Source: an uncultured Saprospiraceae bacterium (GTDB lineage Bacteria; Bacteroidota; Bacteroidia; Chitinophagales; Saprospiraceae). Taken from it: 24,000 bases of DNA. The stretch lies in the NCBI GenBank assembly GCA_938003955.1, contig CALKXE010000021.1:11895-35894 (forward strand), given 5' to 3'. Both the position numbers and the translations under genes were made by a program. This document shows positions 1-10,012 of the stretch, one piece after another (the stretch's first letter is position 1; the number at the start of each line of letters is the position of its first letter). The notes under the pieces are model-generated. The model saw only the letters and a program-made list of their open reading frames with translations, was not told the origin of the DNA and did no database searches.

Positions 1-2
1 TT

Positions 3-317
3 AAAGTAAAGGCGGTCAGACTTAAGGACCTTATTGCAAAAGAAGAATCTATAGACTTACTCAAAATGGATATTGAAGGAGCAGAGGTTGATGTCATTTT
101 GGACTGTAAGGACGTCTTGAATAAAATTGATCATATATTTATAGAGTATCATTCATATCATAATTCAGCGCAAAATATAGATAAGATTATATCCATATTA
201 CATGAAAATGGATTCAGATATTATCTAGAAAATGAAGCTTCTAGAAAGATCCCTTTTGTTAATCAAAAAGGCAAATATGAAATGGATATGCAGGTTAATA
301 TTTTTGGATATAAATAA
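3..317 (+). CDS. FkbM-family methyltransferase, C-terminal fragment (5' truncated by window)
   Basis: Frame 3 is open from the window start, upstream of the ATG at 66: ...VKAVRLKDLIAKEESIDLLKMDIEGAEVDVI..., with the LKxDIEGAE motif typical of FkbM methyltransferases; located beside glycan genes. Confidence 0.8.
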   Translation, partial: KVKAVRLKDLIAKEESIDLLKMDIEGAEVDVILDCKDVLNKIDHIFIEYHSYHNSAQNIDKIISILHENGFRYYLENEASRKIPFVNQKGKYEMDMQVNIFGYK

Positions 318-340
318 AAAACAACTTAATCTTACACAGA

Positions 341-1624
341 GTGAAAATTGCCTTAATTAATACTTCAGATTTACAAGGAGGAGCTGCCATTGCATGCTAT
401 CGTCTTGCTGAAGCATTGGAAAAGAACGATGAAGTTAATGTAAAAATGGTGGTGAAAGAGAAGACATCACAAAGTAACTTTGTTGTAAATTCAAATCCAT
501 CAAGTCTAAAAGAGAACCTTGGTAAATTAAATTTCGCATTGGAGAAAGCTACTTTCTTAAGACAAGAAAGTAATAAATCTATGCGTTTTCTATTTTCTCA
601 TCCTAATTTTGGTCAAGATATAAGTACGATTCCTGAAATAAGAGATGCAGATATTCTCCATTTTCATTGGATAAATAAGGGATTTTTATCCTTTAGTTCT
701 TTAGAAAAGTTGGTTGCTCTTAACAAGCCCATAATATGGACACTGCATGACATGTGGCCCTTTACAGGAGGGTGCCATTATTCTGCGTCTTGTGAAAACT
801 ATCAACATACATGTGGAAATTGTTTTTTGCTAAAAAATCCCAAAATTAATGATCTCTCGAGTAAGATCTGGAATAAGAAAAAAGCGCTGTACTCCAAGGC
901 TGACTTGCATATAGTAACATGCAGTGCCTGGCTTAGAGATATCGCTTCTTCAAGCACCCTATTCAATAATTTGATGGTGACCAATATTCCAAATACAATA
1001 GACTTAAATCTATTCAAACCTAAAGCGAAAAAAACAATCATTGATCGGCTTGCACAGCAAACGAGCAAAACTAAATCAACAATTCTTTTTCAAGCTATGA
1101 ATATTAATGATAAGCGAAAAGGGTTGAAATACTTTATAGAGGCTTTACAAATAATTGAAAGTGAACATGTTGAATTTTCAAAATCAATAAAATTGGTCAT
1201 ATTTGGAAAAAATTCTAAAAGTCAAATTGATGATTTATCTTTTGATGTTGATTATTTGGGTGTTTTGAAATCTCAGCAAGAGATTATAAATGCCTATCAT
1301 CAATCTGATGTTTTTGTAATACCTTCATTAGAAGATAATTTGCCAAATACAATCATGGAATCTATGGCGTGTGGTGTACCTGTTGTTGGGTTTGAAACTG
1401 GAGGCATACCAGAAATGGTTAGTCACAAAAAAACTGGATTTATAGCTTCACAAAAAAACTCAAGACATTTAGCTGAAGGCATTATGTGGACACTTGAGAA
1501 TAAGGAAAGGGTAATTGAATTGTCCCAAAACTCTAGATCAAAGGCAACCGAAGAATATGCTCATGGAGTTGTAGCAAATCAATATATAGAAGTATACAAA
1601 TCAGTTTTGGATAAAAATAATTAA
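341..1624 (+). CDS. Glycosyltransferase family 4 (GT-B fold), GTG start
   Basis: N-terminal KIALINTSDLQGGAAIACYRLAEAL and C-terminal DVFVIPSLEDNLPNTIMESMACGVPVVGFETGGIPEMV (E-x7-E type donor-site motif). Confidence 0.92.
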   Translation: MKIALINTSDLQGGAAIACYRLAEALEKNDEVNVKMVVKEKTSQSNFVVNSNPSSLKENLGKLNFALEKATFLRQESNKSMRFLFSHPNFGQDISTIPEIRDADILHFHWINKGFLSFSSLEKLVALNKPIIWTLHDMWPFTGGCHYSASCENYQHTCGNCFLLKNPKINDLSSKIWNKKKALYSKADLHIVTCSAWLRDIASSSTLFNNLMVTNIPNTIDLNLFKPKAKKTIIDRLAQQTSKTKSTILFQAMNINDKRKGLKYFIEALQIIESEHVEFSKSIKLVIFGKNSKSQIDDLSFDVDYLGVLKSQQEIINAYHQSDVFVIPSLEDNLPNTIMESMACGVPVVGFETGGIPEMVSHKKTGFIASQKNSRHLAEGIMWTLENKERVIELSQNSRSKATEEYAHGVVANQYIEVYKSVLDKNN

Positions 1625-1652
1625 TTATCTACACTAAGAAGATAGTTTCCAG

Positions 1653-3152
1653 ATGGGAGTAATTAAGAAAGAGGGTATTAAACAAAGTGTGATAATTTAT
1701 ATAGGTGTTTTCATAGGCACTATAAATACACTGTACATTTACCCCAAATTTTTTGATCCTGATCACTTGGGCCTCTTTCGGTTTTTGATGGATACTTCTA
1801 TATTATTATTCCCTTTCATTAGCCTTGGAGTACATAACTTATCAGTGAGGATGTTTCCTACATTCAAATCAGATAAAAACGGACACAATGGTTTGCTATT
1901 TTTATTAATGACCGGGGTTACATTCGGTTTTCTTTTATTCTTAGCTATCGTGTATTTTATGGAACCTCAGATAGTACTCTACCTGAAAGATGAATCATTA
2001 TTAATTCAACAATATTGGTATTTCATTATTCCACTAGCGGGTTTCACCATTTTTACTGCTATCGGCAGTCAATATCTTCTTAACTTCAAAAAAGTTGTTC
2101 TCCCGTCAATTTTTAATGATCTCTACCTCAAAATAGGGATGCCAATTATAGGAATACTAATCTATTACGACTACCTAAATATCCGAGAAGGTGTTTATAG
2201 TTTGGTAGCAATATATTTTCTAAAACTTTTTTCTTTCGCATTATATACAATTTGGATCAAGGAGTGGCACTGGAAGCCTAATTGGGAAATTTTAAAACCA
2301 CCCCTTTTAAAAGAAATGCGCATATATTCTTTATATGGAATTTTGGGAAGCATAGGAAGTGTAATTGCAACAAGAATTGATGTTATCATGGTAGCGTTAT
2401 TAGCAGATGACGATCTTAAGGATGTTGCAGTTTATACCATTGCCATGTTCGTTGCAAATATAATTACCGTACCTGCCAGTGCACTAACTAATATAGCATC
2501 TCCAGTAATAGCTGATGCGTGGAAGAGGAACGATGTTAAAAATATAAAAGAAATCTACTCTAAGTCATCCATTGTATTATTGACAATTGGATTATTCTTT
2601 TTTATAGGAATTTGGTGTTCCGTAGATGATCTATTTGCCTTAATGCCTAAGGGCGAAATTTATTCTCAAGGTAAATACGTGATACTAATTCTGGGGTTAG
2701 GCAAATTGTTTGATCTAGCCACAGGAGCAAATGATCAAATTATTTCCTATTCAAAATACTTCAGGTTCAATTTTTACGCTGTTTTAGTACTTGCGATTCT
2801 GAATGTTATTAATAATGTTATTTTTATTCCGATATATCAAATTAATGGCGCTGCTTTAGCAACAGCTAGTTCGGTTTTGATCTATAACCTTAGTAAGTCA
2901 GTTTACATTTATTATAAAATAGGAATTCAACCTTTTACTCTAAACACTTTAAAAGTCTTGATAATTGGTAGCTTAGTTTATTTATTAGCAATAAATATAG
3001 CATCTACAAATACTCCATTCTTAGACATTATTATTAGGTCTATTTTTATAGGAATAACCTTCTTAGGATCTATTATTTACTTCAAAATAAGCGATGATTT
3101 AACATCCCTATTTTGGCAAACACTTGATAAGGTAAAGGCATTTATTAAGTAG
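1653..3152 (+). CDS. Polysaccharide/oligosaccharide flippase (Wzx/MATE-like), polytopic membrane protein
   Basis: 499 aa with many hydrophobic segments; N-terminal GVIKKEGIKQSVIIYIGVFIGTINTLYIYPKF is typical of the family; adjacent to glycosyltransferase and methyltransferase genes. Confidence 0.85.
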   Translation: MGVIKKEGIKQSVIIYIGVFIGTINTLYIYPKFFDPDHLGLFRFLMDTSILLFPFISLGVHNLSVRMFPTFKSDKNGHNGLLFLLMTGVTFGFLLFLAIVYFMEPQIVLYLKDESLLIQQYWYFIIPLAGFTIFTAIGSQYLLNFKKVVLPSIFNDLYLKIGMPIIGILIYYDYLNIREGVYSLVAIYFLKLFSFALYTIWIKEWHWKPNWEILKPPLLKEMRIYSLYGILGSIGSVIATRIDVIMVALLADDDLKDVAVYTIAMFVANIITVPASALTNIASPVIADAWKRNDVKNIKEIYSKSSIVLLTIGLFFFIGIWCSVDDLFALMPKGEIYSQGKYVILILGLGKLFDLATGANDQIISYSKYFRFNFYAVLVLAILNVINNVIFIPIYQINGAALATASSVLIYNLSKSVYIYYKIGIQPFTLNTLKVLIIGSLVYLLAINIASTNTPFLDIIIRSIFIGITFLGSIIYFKISDDLTSLFWQTLDKVKAFIK

Positions 3153-3239
3153 TCAAAAAACTCAAATAAACAATCAAAACATAAAATGAAATTGTGCCAG
3201 ATTCAATATCTTTTGAACTGTTTTCTTTCAATCGGGAGA

Positions 3240-4334
3240 TTACAAATCAATTAAAATCTTCACAATTCTATCGGCGGTTTTCCCATCCCAAAGGTCAGGT
3301 ATAGACCCTGTTTTCCAATCTCCTTTTACGAGTTTTTGTAAATATGGTACTATATTATTTGGATCCGTACCTACTATTTCATTCGTTCCCATTGTTACCG
3401 TTTCAGGTCGTTCAGTACTATTTCGTAAAGTCATGCATGGAACATTCATTACTGTAGTTTCTTCCGTTATTCCTCCAGAGTCTGTTATCACTCCTGCAGC
3501 ATTTTTAACTAGATAGTTAAATTGCAAATACGGCATCGGCCCTGCTATTACAAGTTTATCAAATTTAATATCTAGTTGATCGAACATTTTTTTCGTCCTA
3601 GGGTGCATAGGAAAAATTACTTTTCTGTCCCCAACATTGTCATTAATTAGACTAAGAAGTTCACGAAGGTTTTCATAACCATCTACATTAGATGGACGAT
3701 GTAGTGTCATCACTAAATAATTACCTTTCTTTAATTTTTCAGCATCCCATAAGCTAGGGGGAGACATCTTTTCCATATTGCCTAGAAGGCTATCTATCAT
3801 TGTATTTCCAACAAAGAATATCTTTTCTTCTTTGTGTCCTAGGTTCTTAAGATTTTCGTTGGCCAAAGTAGAAGTTGTAAAGAAATAATCAGAAATACTA
3901 TCTGTTACCATCCTATTTATTTCTTCAGGCATCATTTCGTCACCTGATCTAATTCCACCCTCTACATGTGCTACTTTAACCCATTCCTTTTTGGCAGTGA
4001 TAGCACATGCCATAGTAGAAGTAACATCTCCTACAACTATGCACAATTCTGGCTTTCTATCCCTGATCGCCTCTTCATAGCGTAACATAATATTGCCCGT
4101 CTGAGTTGCCTGAGTACCAGATCCTACCCCTAAGTTGATATCTGGTTTTGGAATATTCAATTGATCGAAAAAATCCTCACTCATTTTTTTATCATAATGC
4201 TGACCTGTATGTATCAGTCTATAATCTATTTCCTTATCAGGGTGTCCTTCATTCCATCTATGTATTGCATGAATAATTGGTCCAATTTTCATGAAATTTG
4301 GTCTTGCTCCAGCAATTATATCAATTTTTTGCAT
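3240..4334 (-). CDS. wecB: UDP-N-acetylglucosamine 2-epimerase (non-hydrolysing)
   Basis: Motifs IAGARPNFMKIGPI, THRPSNVD, SGGITEETTVMNVPCMTLRNSTERPET, and VTMGTNEIVG. Confidence 0.95.
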   Translation of the reverse strand: MQKIDIIAGARPNFMKIGPIIHAIHRWNEGHPDKEIDYRLIHTGQHYDKKMSEDFFDQLNIPKPDINLGVGSGTQATQTGNIMLRYEEAIRDRKPELCIVVGDVTSTMACAITAKKEWVKVAHVEGGIRSGDEMMPEEINRMVTDSISDYFFTTSTLANENLKNLGHKEEKIFFVGNTMIDSLLGNMEKMSPPSLWDAEKLKKGNYLVMTLHRPSNVDGYENLRELLSLINDNVGDRKVIFPMHPRTKKMFDQLDIKFDKLVIAGPMPYLQFNYLVKNAAGVITDSGGITEETTVMNVPCMTLRNSTERPETVTMGTNEIVGTDPNNIVPYLQKLVKGDWKTGSIPDLWDGKTADRIVKILIDL

Positions 4335-4513
4335 TTTATTTTTTTTGTGCTCTACTATTGTTTTTCGACCAATCTAAAAAAGGTGTTAATCCCTGAATTG
4401 GCTTCAAATATATAAAGATCTCTTCATAAAGTGTCAAACTCGTTGGAGATGTAATTTTCTACTTATTTGATTAGACTTAGTGAGAAGGTTAGTAAGTGAA
4501 GAATAAACCAATT

Positions 4514-5377
4514 CTAAAAAGACTTCACTTGATCTCTATCAAAAGTCCATTCAGGTGTAACAATCTTATCTCCTATTTCTGATATTAGATACCATGGACT
4601 ATGTTTTGGATTATTATGATTCTTTAATATGTGAATTTGCTGTGCCGGCATATAGCTTTGTGCTAACATCATCGCCTTATCCCCATTTTCAGAATTGAAA
4701 CACATATCAACTACAATAACAGCATGTCCAGGAGAACCGCCTTTGATAATCACGTCTCCAACTTTTACCTCTTCTAGTTTTTTTGATTTTAATTCTTTGG
4801 CCATTGACAAAGTCCCCGCATACATAAAAACTTGATCGAGATAGTTTCTAAAATCTTTATAGCTTTCTTTTCTTTCGCCACCACTTAGCCAACTTGTTTT
4901 ATTTCCATTCACTATTAATTTGTTGCCTTCTCTCCATTTCTGATATTCAAATTTCCACCCATTTGTAAAATTAAAAGCAATCTCTTCAGTTCTTTCATTT
5001 TCGAATAGATATTCCGCACGAAGCCTCATTGCCGCATCTGCGCATTGCTGAAGATCGCGATTTCCTACATCGATGTCTAAAATAGCCGCATGTCCATCTT
5101 GATTGTACTTCAATGATCCGTCATACAGATGGACTTCTTCTCCACTGGGCAATAATGGAAATTCTCTCAAGTAATGACCATAGGAATTCTTTTTTAGAGT
5201 AGATCTTACAAAACCTTGTGGCTCTAGAAACCGACTAGAAATACTAAACCCTTCGTGAGACTGTTTAACTATTTCGTCAATCGTAACCTCAGGTGTTATT
5301 GGTTTTCTATTATTTCTATCCTTGCAAGAAATAAGGAGAGCTATAAAGCAAACTATACTCGTATAAAAATATTTCAT
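4514..5377 (-). CDS. DUF4846-like lipoprotein
   Basis: Lipobox-like LLISC at the N-terminus; HLYDGSLK, VGNRDLQQCADAAMRLRAEYL, KEVKVGDVIIKGGSPGHAVIVVD and MLAQSYMPAQQIHIL resemble DUF4846. Confidence 0.8.
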   Translation of the reverse strand: MKYFYTSIVCFIALLISCKDRNNRKPITPEVTIDEIVKQSHEGFSISSRFLEPQGFVRSTLKKNSYGHYLREFPLLPSGEEVHLYDGSLKYNQDGHAAILDIDVGNRDLQQCADAAMRLRAEYLFENERTEEIAFNFTNGWKFEYQKWREGNKLIVNGNKTSWLSGGERKESYKDFRNYLDQVFMYAGTLSMAKELKSKKLEEVKVGDVIIKGGSPGHAVIVVDMCFNSENGDKAMMLAQSYMPAQQIHILKNHNNPKHSPWYLISEIGDKIVTPEWTFDRDQVKSF

Positions 5378-5439
5378 TTCTTAACTTTGATATATTAACG
5401 CAAGCTATACAAAGCAATTGCACAAACCAATATCAATCA

Positions 5440-5994
5440 ATGATCACATATGCTAAAGCAAAATCAATATCTGATCTAAATCAAATATTGGCCCTCCAAA
5501 AAGCTAATTTGAAACTGAATCTTCAGTTAGAAGAATACAAAGAAGAAGGTTTTGTTACACTCGAACATGATATTGACTTATTACAAGAACTTAATACACC
5601 TTATGCTCACGTTATTGCATTAGATGAATCAAATATCGTGGGTTATGCACTAGTGACCATTCCTGAAAAAATACCACTTATCCCTCTTTTGCAATCAACA
5701 ATAGAAGAATTAAACGGTGTAGAATTCCATCAACAAAAAGTCTTGGGCCTAAAGTATTTTATAATGGGTCAGGTTTGTATAGACAAATCATACAGAGGCC
5801 AAGGAATATTTCAAGGCCTATTTAGAAAAATGAAAGATGAGATGAAATCAGATTTTGAAATCATCCTCACAGAAATTGCCATAGATAACAAAAGATCAAT
5901 GCGAGCTCACGAAAAGGTAGGATTTGAAACCCTAAAGATTCATTGCGAAAATGGAGTAAAGTGGGCTATCGTAGGCTTAAGTCTAAAAAAATGA
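5440..5994 (+). CDS. GNAT family N-acetyltransferase
   Basis: MGQVCIDKSYRGQGIFQGLFRKM (acetyl-CoA binding motif A) and RSMRAHEKVGFE. Confidence 0.85.
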   Translation: MITYAKAKSISDLNQILALQKANLKLNLQLEEYKEEGFVTLEHDIDLLQELNTPYAHVIALDESNIVGYALVTIPEKIPLIPLLQSTIEELNGVEFHQQKVLGLKYFIMGQVCIDKSYRGQGIFQGLFRKMKDEMKSDFEIILTEIAIDNKRSMRAHEKVGFETLKIHCENGVKWAIVGLSLKK

Positions 5995-6023
5995 CTTATT
6001 AGTAATACCAAGCAAGCCTAACT

Positions 6024-7421
6024 TTATAGTTCTAAAATGAAGTCTCTTATCATATCCAATACAGTGGTATCAAAGGTGGTTTCGATCGTAACATACTCAG
6101 AAACATCACACTTCTCACATGGTTGAAAAAGGTGATTTAGTCCATCTATAATTTTTATCTGAGCTCTATTGTTTCCAGATATAGCAAGGTTCGACATTAT
6201 CGCGTTTGTATTTGACTTTGCCTCTACTTGGATATCTTCCGATCCATTGAGTGCTAGAACGGGACATTTTGTCTTCTGCCAAGATTCTGCAGGGTCACTC
6301 GCTAAAAAGTGTCTAAACCAAGGAGTAAAAACTGATTGTGCAAGTGACATATAATAGGAATCTTTTGTGGGTGCTAACAATTTTTGGTCAGCTGATGATA
6401 ATTGATCATAAAATCCATGAACCGCTTTAATCAAGGGGTCAAACAATTGTTGAGGTTCTTCATCTTGATTGACAATACTATAAATAAGCGGCAGATTCTC
6501 TCTTGTTGTTTCTAAGCCTCCAAGAGACATTCCACTTTTCTCTAAGACCATAACATTTTGATTGGTCATAAGCTCACTAATTGGCACACCTGGTCCGGCT
6601 AAAGAGACAATATAACCCAAATCTAAATTTTGTGCAGCTACCAATGGCGCAATCATCCCTCCTTCACTATGACCTATGATACCTATTTTACTTTTGTCTA
6701 TTTTATCAAGGGTCTTTGCATACTGAAAAACTGAATTTGCATCAGTAGCAAAATCTGCTGTAGTCGATTTTCCATGATTACCTGTTGACAACTCAACCCC
6801 TCTATCATCATACCTTAGTACAGCAATTCCTTCACGCGTAAGAAAATCAGAAATCACTAAAAATGATTTATGCCCTAATATCTCACTGTTTCTATCTTGT
6901 TTTCCTGATCCAGAAACTAATATTGCCAGTGGGTATGGTCCGTCTCCTTTTGGGGTAGTCAATGTGCCTGCCAAGGTAACACCAGCCTCCACATTTTCGA
7001 CTGACACTTCTTCCACATCATACGGATATGGCTCTTCTGGCATTTGTGGTCTATTGAATTCTGATTTTGATTCTGTTCGTTTCAAATTTAATGCAGTAAT
7101 TCGACCTTGATTCCATTCGCCGATAAACTCTTCAGATTCATTATTATATACAGCATTATATTTAGCTCGGAATGATGGATATGTGATCGTTAGTGAATCT
7201 CCTTTTATAATTAATGTAGCCGATTCTATATTTTCTAGTTTTTGAATCGGCACGCTCATTAGTGCTTTCTTCTCTGATTCATTAATCTCAAAATCTAATT
7301 GCATTTCTATACCACCAACGGAAATTGCCCCTGTCCATAAACCATCAAATTTATTTTGAGCTATCGACAAAGTGGAAATAATCATCAATAAAAAGAAAGC
7401 TGATAGTCTAAAGACATTCAT
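6024..7421 (-). CDS. Secreted alpha/beta hydrolase (S9/serine aminopeptidase-like)
   Basis: Signal peptide MNVFRLSAFFLLMIISTLSIAQ; nucleophile elbow GHSEGG; VSGSGKQDRN...HKSF; C-terminal GLNHLF catalytic His region. Confidence 0.87.
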   Translation of the reverse strand: MNVFRLSAFFLLMIISTLSIAQNKFDGLWTGAISVGGIEMQLDFEINESEKKALMSVPIQKLENIESATLIIKGDSLTITYPSFRAKYNAVYNNESEEFIGEWNQGRITALNLKRTESKSEFNRPQMPEEPYPYDVEEVSVENVEAGVTLAGTLTTPKGDGPYPLAILVSGSGKQDRNSEILGHKSFLVISDFLTREGIAVLRYDDRGVELSTGNHGKSTTADFATDANSVFQYAKTLDKIDKSKIGIIGHSEGGMIAPLVAAQNLDLGYIVSLAGPGVPISELMTNQNVMVLEKSGMSLGGLETTRENLPLIYSIVNQDEEPQQLFDPLIKAVHGFYDQLSSADQKLLAPTKDSYYMSLAQSVFTPWFRHFLASDPAESWQKTKCPVLALNGSEDIQVEAKSNTNAIMSNLAISGNNRAQIKIIDGLNHLFQPCEKCDVSEYVTIETTFDTTVLDMIRDFILEL

Positions 7422-7568
7422 ATTTGAGTATTTTGAAATTAATTTTGATCTAATTGCAACGTTTTTCTATCCCGAAAGATAATATAAGCACTACCATATA
7501 GTGTACTATTTTATCAATAACTAATTACAGAAAATGATTCCAAGTAGAATCTTAAAGAAATTGAAAAA

Positions 7569-9356
7569 ATGAAAAAAATAATATTTCTCTTTATTGCATT
7601 GATAATAACTATTACCAGTTGCAGAGAAGATATACTTATAGAGGATACAATCACCATACCATTTGGGGAAGATGTAACAACTAATTTACATGGGAGAATT
7701 GTAGATGAAAATGGTCGTTCAATAACAGAAACTGAAATTATAGTTCAGGATCGAACTGCATTTACGAATGGTGATGGTTATTTCTATATGCTTAATATAT
7801 CAGTCCCAAGTGATGGATTTACGATCAATGTGCGCAGTCAAAATAATGACAAATTAATTAAAAGGGTAACTCCTCAAGCAGGAACCAATACATACGAAGA
7901 GATAGTTTTAACAAATGCACCAGAATCTGATGCTTTCTCTACAACCAACGAATCTATCGTATCGAATGGTCAAACATCTGTAACAATACCACCCAATAGC
8001 CTCATTGACATTGAAGGTATTCCATATCAAGGGGGCTACATATCTAAACTCATACACTATTCTCCGTCAGATAAGAATATACTGAGAACCATGCCTGGCA
8101 ATTTACAGGGTATAGATAAAAACGGAAATAAAGTAACTCTAGGCACATACGGAATGATTGATATTCAAGTAACCGATCCCAATGGTGAGCCTCTAAGGCT
8201 TGCACCTAATAGTAGAGCGTTGGTAAGAATGGATACCCCAAGTCTCATTTTAGAAAATTTGTCTGGTATTCCAACCTGGAAATTGGATAAAACATCAGGT
8301 TTGTGGTTAGAAGAAGGGGAAACAGACGAACTCATCTTTATTGAAGATATTGCTTTTACTTTTTTCTATATTGATGAATTTACAGTGTGGAACTGTGACA
8401 TCAAAGAACTAAATACGAATCTAAGTGGGACCATTATAGATCAATTTGGAGTGCCTTTAGAAAATCGATTGATACAATTTACTTTTAGATCTGACGGTCA
8501 AGATTTCTTTTGCTCAGGAGGAAATACAAATAGTCGCGGAGAATTCAATACACAAGTACCAAAAGATTTATCGATAACCCTGAATGTTTACGACAAAAAT
8601 TGTGATGCCGTTATTTATACTGAGGACATCGGATTATTTACAGAAGAAGATAATATCGTAAAAATTGAAACTGAATTTTCAATAGATTCATATACAATAA
8701 CAGGTTTAGTTGCTGATTGCAGTGGTGACATCGTGTTCAACAATGCTACTGTATTCTTGTATGATCAGAGTGGTAATGTCAGAGTAAGTACTCAGACGAA
8801 AGAAGATGGATCATTTGCTATTCATAATACATGTTATGATACTAATTTTGAGGAAGGATATGGAATAGGAGTTTTGGATCTAGAAACGGGTAATTACATT
8901 TTCAAAGATTCCCTAATATTTAGCGAAATAGACATTGACTTAGGAAATATAATTCCATGTGAAGAGGTAGACGAATTTGTCAATATTATTTCAGGATTTG
9001 GAGATCTATCTTTTGATGAATCAAGTACTTTTTTAGGGCCAGATTCCTTAATTATTAATGCTGGGCCTACTGCTTTAGGATTTCAATTTTCTCTAGTTGC
9101 AAACATAAGCGAACAGGGAATTAACCCAGTAGACTTTATTCGAATAGAATATAGTGCTGATCAAATACTAACTTGTACTTCATTATACCAGCATACAATA
9201 TGTAGCGACGCAGTTACACTTACGATTACTGAGTTTGATCAAGGGAATCAAATCATTTCTGGAAACATTGAAGGAGCACTATATTATGGAGATATAACAG
9301 AAGTTGACTCAATATTATTAAGTGATGTATCAATAATTTTCAGAGTAAAATATTAA
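7569..9356 (+). CDS. Lipoprotein with carboxypeptidase regulatory-like domains
   Basis: Lipobox-like ITITSC; at least three Ig-like/regulatory segments (LHGRIVDENGRSITETEIIVQDRTAFTNGDGYFYM; LSGTIIDQFGVPLENRLIQFTF; ITGLVADCSGDIVFNNATVFLYDQSGNVRVSTQTKEDGSFAI). Confidence 0.75.
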   Translation: MKKIIFLFIALIITITSCREDILIEDTITIPFGEDVTTNLHGRIVDENGRSITETEIIVQDRTAFTNGDGYFYMLNISVPSDGFTINVRSQNNDKLIKRVTPQAGTNTYEEIVLTNAPESDAFSTTNESIVSNGQTSVTIPPNSLIDIEGIPYQGGYISKLIHYSPSDKNILRTMPGNLQGIDKNGNKVTLGTYGMIDIQVTDPNGEPLRLAPNSRALVRMDTPSLILENLSGIPTWKLDKTSGLWLEEGETDELIFIEDIAFTFFYIDEFTVWNCDIKELNTNLSGTIIDQFGVPLENRLIQFTFRSDGQDFFCSGGNTNSRGEFNTQVPKDLSITLNVYDKNCDAVIYTEDIGLFTEEDNIVKIETEFSIDSYTITGLVADCSGDIVFNNATVFLYDQSGNVRVSTQTKEDGSFAIHNTCYDTNFEEGYGIGVLDLETGNYIFKDSLIFSEIDIDLGNIIPCEEVDEFVNIISGFGDLSFDESSTFLGPDSLIINAGPTALGFQFSLVANISEQGINPVDFIRIEYSADQILTCTSLYQHTICSDAVTLTITEFDQGNQIISGNIEGALYYGDITEVDSILLSDVSIIFRVKY

Positions 9357-9463
9357 CAAAATATCACGGACTTTATCTTCTTATTAGCCACCATAAAGAA
9401 GAAAAACTCTTAAATATAGAACATAACTAAGACAACCAAATTGTAAACGAGCCACCTAAAAAA

Positions 9464-10012
9464 TTGAATAAAGAACAACAAATAAAAGCGATCAAAGGCT
9501 GTGCCAGAGGAGACTCGGCAGCTCAGCGGATGGTGTTTATAGAGTTCTCAGAGATGCTATTAAGTACTTGCAAACGGTATATGGGTAATGAAGCAGAAGC
9601 TAAAGATGTACTTCAGGATAGTTTTATGAGAATATTCAAATATGCACACACGTTCGACCACGTTGGAGGGAATCTCAAAGGGTGGATGAAGACAATCTGT
9701 ATTAGAGAAGCATTGAAGCAAATCAAAAAGAAAAAAAGAACTGCTTCAATGGACGAACTAGAGTATATACCGACGGTAGATCCTGTAGCTGTCCAAAATC
9801 TAGATACAGAGGAGTTGCATAATTTAATAAGTGAACTCCCCGAAAAGCAAAGAACTGTTTTCAATCTATATGTAGTAGAAGGTTATTCTCATAAAGAAAT
9901 AGCCAATCTGCTCCAAGTGGAAGAAGCGTCATCACGATCGATTCTATCAAGAACAAAAGTAATGTTGAAAAAGAAATTATTGAATATAAAAAGTAAGGAG
10001 TCATGGGTGTAG
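9464..10012 (+). CDS. ECF RNA polymerase sigma factor (copy 1)
   Basis: Region 2 LSTCKRYMGNEAEAKDVLQDSFMRIFKY and region 4 LPEKQRTVFNLYVVEGYSHKEIANLLQVEEASSRSILSRTK. Confidence 0.93.
   Translation: MNKEQQIKAIKGCARGDSAAQRMVFIEFSEMLLSTCKRYMGNEAEAKDVLQDSFMRIFKYAHTFDHVGGNLKGWMKTICIREALKQIKKKKRTASMDELEYIPTVDPVAVQNLDTEELHNLISELPEKQRTVFNLYVVEGYSHKEIANLLQVEEASSRSILSRTKVMLKKKLLNIKSKESWV

Noticed and set aside
1-4334. Polysaccharide genes as a novel defence or secondary-metabolite system
   Set aside because: FkbM methyltransferase, GT4, Wzx flippase and WecB form an ordinary edge of a surface-glycan cluster.
4161-4415. Plus-strand 84-aa ORF overlapping the start of wecB
   Set aside because: Mostly antisense to the conserved wecB N-terminus; no homology-like features.
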